From assembly GCF_036323395.1 (NCBI RefSeq), contig NZ_AP028907.1, positions 1,020,001-1,052,000 of the forward strand: a DNA stretch of 32,000 bases, read 5' to 3'. The first letter of the stretch is position 1; the number at the start of each line of letters is the position of its first letter. The stretch comes from Pyrodictium abyssi (GTDB lineage Archaea; Thermoproteota; Thermoprotei_A; Sulfolobales; Pyrodictiaceae). Below, piece after piece: positions 29,722-32,000 of the stretch. The position numbers and the translations under genes are program-made. Below the pieces are notes generated by a model. It ran no database searches, had not been told where the DNA came from, and worked only from the letters and a program-made list of their open reading frames with translations.

Positions 29722-30641
29722 CCCTTTATGAAGAGCCTCTCGACCCTGGGCGGCCGGTAGCGGTACCTCCCAGTCCTCGACAGCCCCGTAGCCAGTAGCG
29801 GCGAGGCAGCTACAGCAGAGCCTACTAGGCCGCCTAGAATGCTCGCGGCAAGGGAGCCCGCAGCCAGGCCTACAGCAGCCGCGGCGGCCAGCCCCGTGCC
29901 CAGTACCAGCGCGGCGCCGCCGAGGACTAGCGCCCTCCTCTCCAGGGGTATCGGGTACTCCAGGTAGAGCAGGTTAGCATCCACAGCATCCACCACGGCC
30001 CGCAGGGGCTGCCCGGCTAGCGGGTGGTGGTACTCTATAAGCCACACCGGGTAGTGCGCCACGCCCACGAGCCCCGCCCGGCTCTCGACGCTGCCTCTGC
30101 ACCCGGCTAGCCGCGCCTCACCCGCAGCCCGGTACTCCACACGGGCCCGGAGTGCACTACACCTGGGCTCTGGGCTAGCGTCGGGCTGGTGGAACACGCC
30201 CCTACGCGCCCTCCGCGGGTCGTAGGGCTCCCTCCCGACGACGGGGAACCTGTAGCCGTGCTCGAGCCCCGGGAGCGGGAGCCTAGACGTGGCCAGCCAC
30301 GTCTCCTCCCGCTCCTCTCGCGCTCCCTCGCAGCCCTCCACCCAGGCCTCTGCGCTGCAGATGTAGAGCGGTAGGTAGTGGAGCTCGCTCCGGGCTAACG
30401 AGGCTGTCTCGGCTATGTCCGCTGGCGCGCCGGGGAGCATACGGGCCCGTGAAACGGCTAGGAGGAACGCCTCGCCGTCGTCGAGCCTCGGTGGGTAGTA
30501 GTACTGCCTTGTAGCCTCCTCCCCAGTCTTAGCCACGACCGTGGTCCCGCAGTACGGGCAGACGGCGTACACAGCACCCTTCGGCACCTCGAACACAGCG
30601 CCACAGTATGGGCACCGTAGCCTCCTCAAGCCCTGGGTCAC
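29718..30641 (-). CDS. Zinc-ribbon protein with C-terminal transmembrane hairpin, unknown function
   Basis: N-terminal LRCPYCGAVFEVPKGAVYAVCPYCGTTVV; hydrophobic ALVLGGAALVLGTGLAAAAAVGLAAGSLAASILGGLVGSAVAASPLLA; GTGA overlap with the upstream gene. Confidence 0.85.
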   Translation of the reverse strand: MTQGLRRLRCPYCGAVFEVPKGAVYAVCPYCGTTVVAKTGEEATRQYYYPPRLDDGEAFLLAVSRARMLPGAPADIAETASLARSELHYLPLYICSAEAWVEGCEGAREEREETWLATSRLPLPGLEHGYRFPVVGREPYDPRRARRGVFHQPDASPEPRCSALRARVEYRAAGEARLAGCRGSVESRAGLVGVAHYPVWLIEYHHPLAGQPLRAVVDAVDANLLYLEYPIPLERRALVLGGAALVLGTGLAAAAAVGLAAGSLAASILGGLVGSAVAASPLLATGLSRTGRYRYRPPRVERLFIKG

Positions 30642-31759
30642 CTTCTCGCCAGCCTCTCAGCCTGGGTGCCTATCGTCGTGAATAGGCTGCGGAGCCACGA
30701 GCCCTCACGGCCCTTCTCTATCCTAGCCTCGCTTAGCCCAGCTCGCGCCGCGAGGTAGCCCAGCACAGCGCCGAGCCCTAGCGTGGCCCCAGCTACAGCT
30801 AGGCCCCCGACGCCGCCTCCCGCAGCCGTGTAGAGCACGGCAGCAGCTCCGCCACCACCCCCGCCGAGGAGCCCAGCGAGCATGAGGAAGAAGCTCCGCT
30901 GCCTGCCGGTCAGGGGCTCTTCGCGTAGCAGCGGGTACATGTCCCACCCGGAGAAGTAGGCGCGGTACACCCTGCCCTCGCAGACGTAGAACACCTTGGT
31001 TAGGGGGAGCAGCACCGGCCCACGGACCTCGAGCTCGGGGAACTCGCACGTGATAGTCCTATGGACAACGTTGACAGCAGTGACCGTGCCGGGGCCGTGG
31101 TAGCTGGCCCTAGCCCTCCGCCTAATCTCCGCCTCAACCCTCTCGCGGAGCCAGTCGCATGCATCGTCGCGCACGGTCTCCTCCGCCTCCTGGGGGCCGT
31201 AGTCTGCAGCGAGCGCCGTGTACTCCCCCTTCCTCCACTCCACGCTGCCCAGGCCCACGAGCTCTGGGCGCGTGGAGAGGTAGTGCTCGGCCAGCTCGTC
31301 CACAGCCTCTTCGCCGAGGCTCCTCTTGCCGCTGACTAGAGCCTCGAAGCTCTGCTCGTAGACGCCCGAGACGTGGAACGGCACGGTACGTGTCTCGGTG
31401 TAGACACGGTCGCCCTTCCTCCGGGAGACGGTGACGATGAGGAACCCGGAAGCCTCGTACCGGCTATAGAGCCGGCCACGCGCCTCGTAGAAGGGCACGA
31501 GCACGGTCTCGATACGGGCTGGCTCCACGTTGAGCCCGCGGAGGTCTGGGTCCCTGCGCGCAAGCTCCATGAAGGCCTCCCAGGCCCTATCCATGCTCGG
31601 CGGCTTAGCGGCGAACACGCTGCCGGGCTCGCCCTTAACCCAGTTGGGCTTCCCGCAGTACGGGCAGACCACGAGAACCGTGTCGGGGCCGACCCGCAGC
31701 GGTGAGCCGCAGTAGCTGCACCGCAGCCTCTGCACGCTGACCGCCGGTAAGCCAGCCAT
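30638..31759 (-). CDS. Zinc-ribbon protein with C-terminal transmembrane hairpin, unknown function
   Basis: N-terminal LRCSYCGSPLRVGPDTVLVVCPYCGKPNWV; hydrophobic SFFLMLAGLLGGGGGGAAAVLYTAAGGGVGGLAVAGATLGLGAVLGYLAARAG. Confidence 0.87.
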   Translation of the reverse strand: MAGLPAVSVQRLRCSYCGSPLRVGPDTVLVVCPYCGKPNWVKGEPGSVFAAKPPSMDRAWEAFMELARRDPDLRGLNVEPARIETVLVPFYEARGRLYSRYEASGFLIVTVSRRKGDRVYTETRTVPFHVSGVYEQSFEALVSGKRSLGEEAVDELAEHYLSTRPELVGLGSVEWRKGEYTALAADYGPQEAEETVRDDACDWLRERVEAEIRRRARASYHGPGTVTAVNVVHRTITCEFPELEVRGPVLLPLTKVFYVCEGRVYRAYFSGWDMYPLLREEPLTGRQRSFFLMLAGLLGGGGGGAAAVLYTAAGGGVGGLAVAGATLGLGAVLGYLAARAGLSEARIEKGREGSWLRSLFTTIGTQAERLARR

Positions 31760-31784
31760 GCAGGCCGCCTCCCTGCCGGCCCTA

Positions 31785-32000
31785 CTAGGCCTCTAGCTGT
31801 GCTCCGCACACGGGGCAGAACCGCGCCTCAGCTGGCGCTACGTGGCCACGAGGGCACCAGAGTATCCTCTTGCCGCAGAAGGGGCAGAACCCGGCACCCC
31901 GGAGCGACGGAGGCAGCTCCCGCCCACAGTAGGGGCACCGCGGCGTATAGCTCTGCTGGCTGCCAGCCCCCCTCTGCTGCTGGGCAGCGGCAGCGCCTAC
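31785..32000 (-). CDS. C-terminal part of a multi-zinc-ribbon protein, truncated by the window edge
   Basis: Hand translation: ...VGAAAAQQQRGAGSQQSYTPRCPYCGRELPPSLRGAGFCPFCGKRILWCPRGHVAPAEARFCPVCGAQLEA-stop. Confidence 0.8.
   Translation of the reverse strand, partial: VGAAAAQQQRGAGSQQSYTPRCPYCGRELPPSLRGAGFCPFCGKRILWCPRGHVAPAEARFCPVCGAQLEA

Overview
High-GC, very compact archaeal (crenarchaeal, probably Pyrodictiaceae-like; lineage is inference) chromosomal window. Supported content: RIO1 kinase and a two-KH-domain protein; two adjacent cytochrome bd family subunit I-like genes (CydA and a CydA'-like partner) with no recognisable cydB; a Cdc48/VAT AAA ATPase; an L-fucose isomerase-like protein; a COG2403-type GTPase/cyclic-2,3-DPG synthetase-like protein; a split A-type ATP synthase locus (H,C | I on the opposite strand | F,E,A,B,D | dtdA on the opposite strand | K); prolyl-tRNA synthetase; a Cys-rich unknown protein with a signal-peptide-like ORF directly upstream in another frame; a HEPN/MNT pair; a class I methyltransferase; a TrmY-like protein; ribosomal protein S26e; an HD-domain phosphohydrolase; and a three-gene run of zinc-ribbon proteins, two with C-terminal transmembrane hairpins. 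Main findings: (i) an unannotated DsrE-like pseudogene at 12672-13003 (-) that I reconstructed across at least four frameshifts; (ii) the zinc-ribbon/membrane cluster at the right edge, which may be an uncharacterised membrane-associated system; (iii) the CydA/CydA' pair; (iv) a possible frameshifted secreted protein at 23866-25418; (v) a recurrent TTTTTAC-type motif just downstream of genes. I saw no tRNA, rRNA, CRISPR array or transposon.
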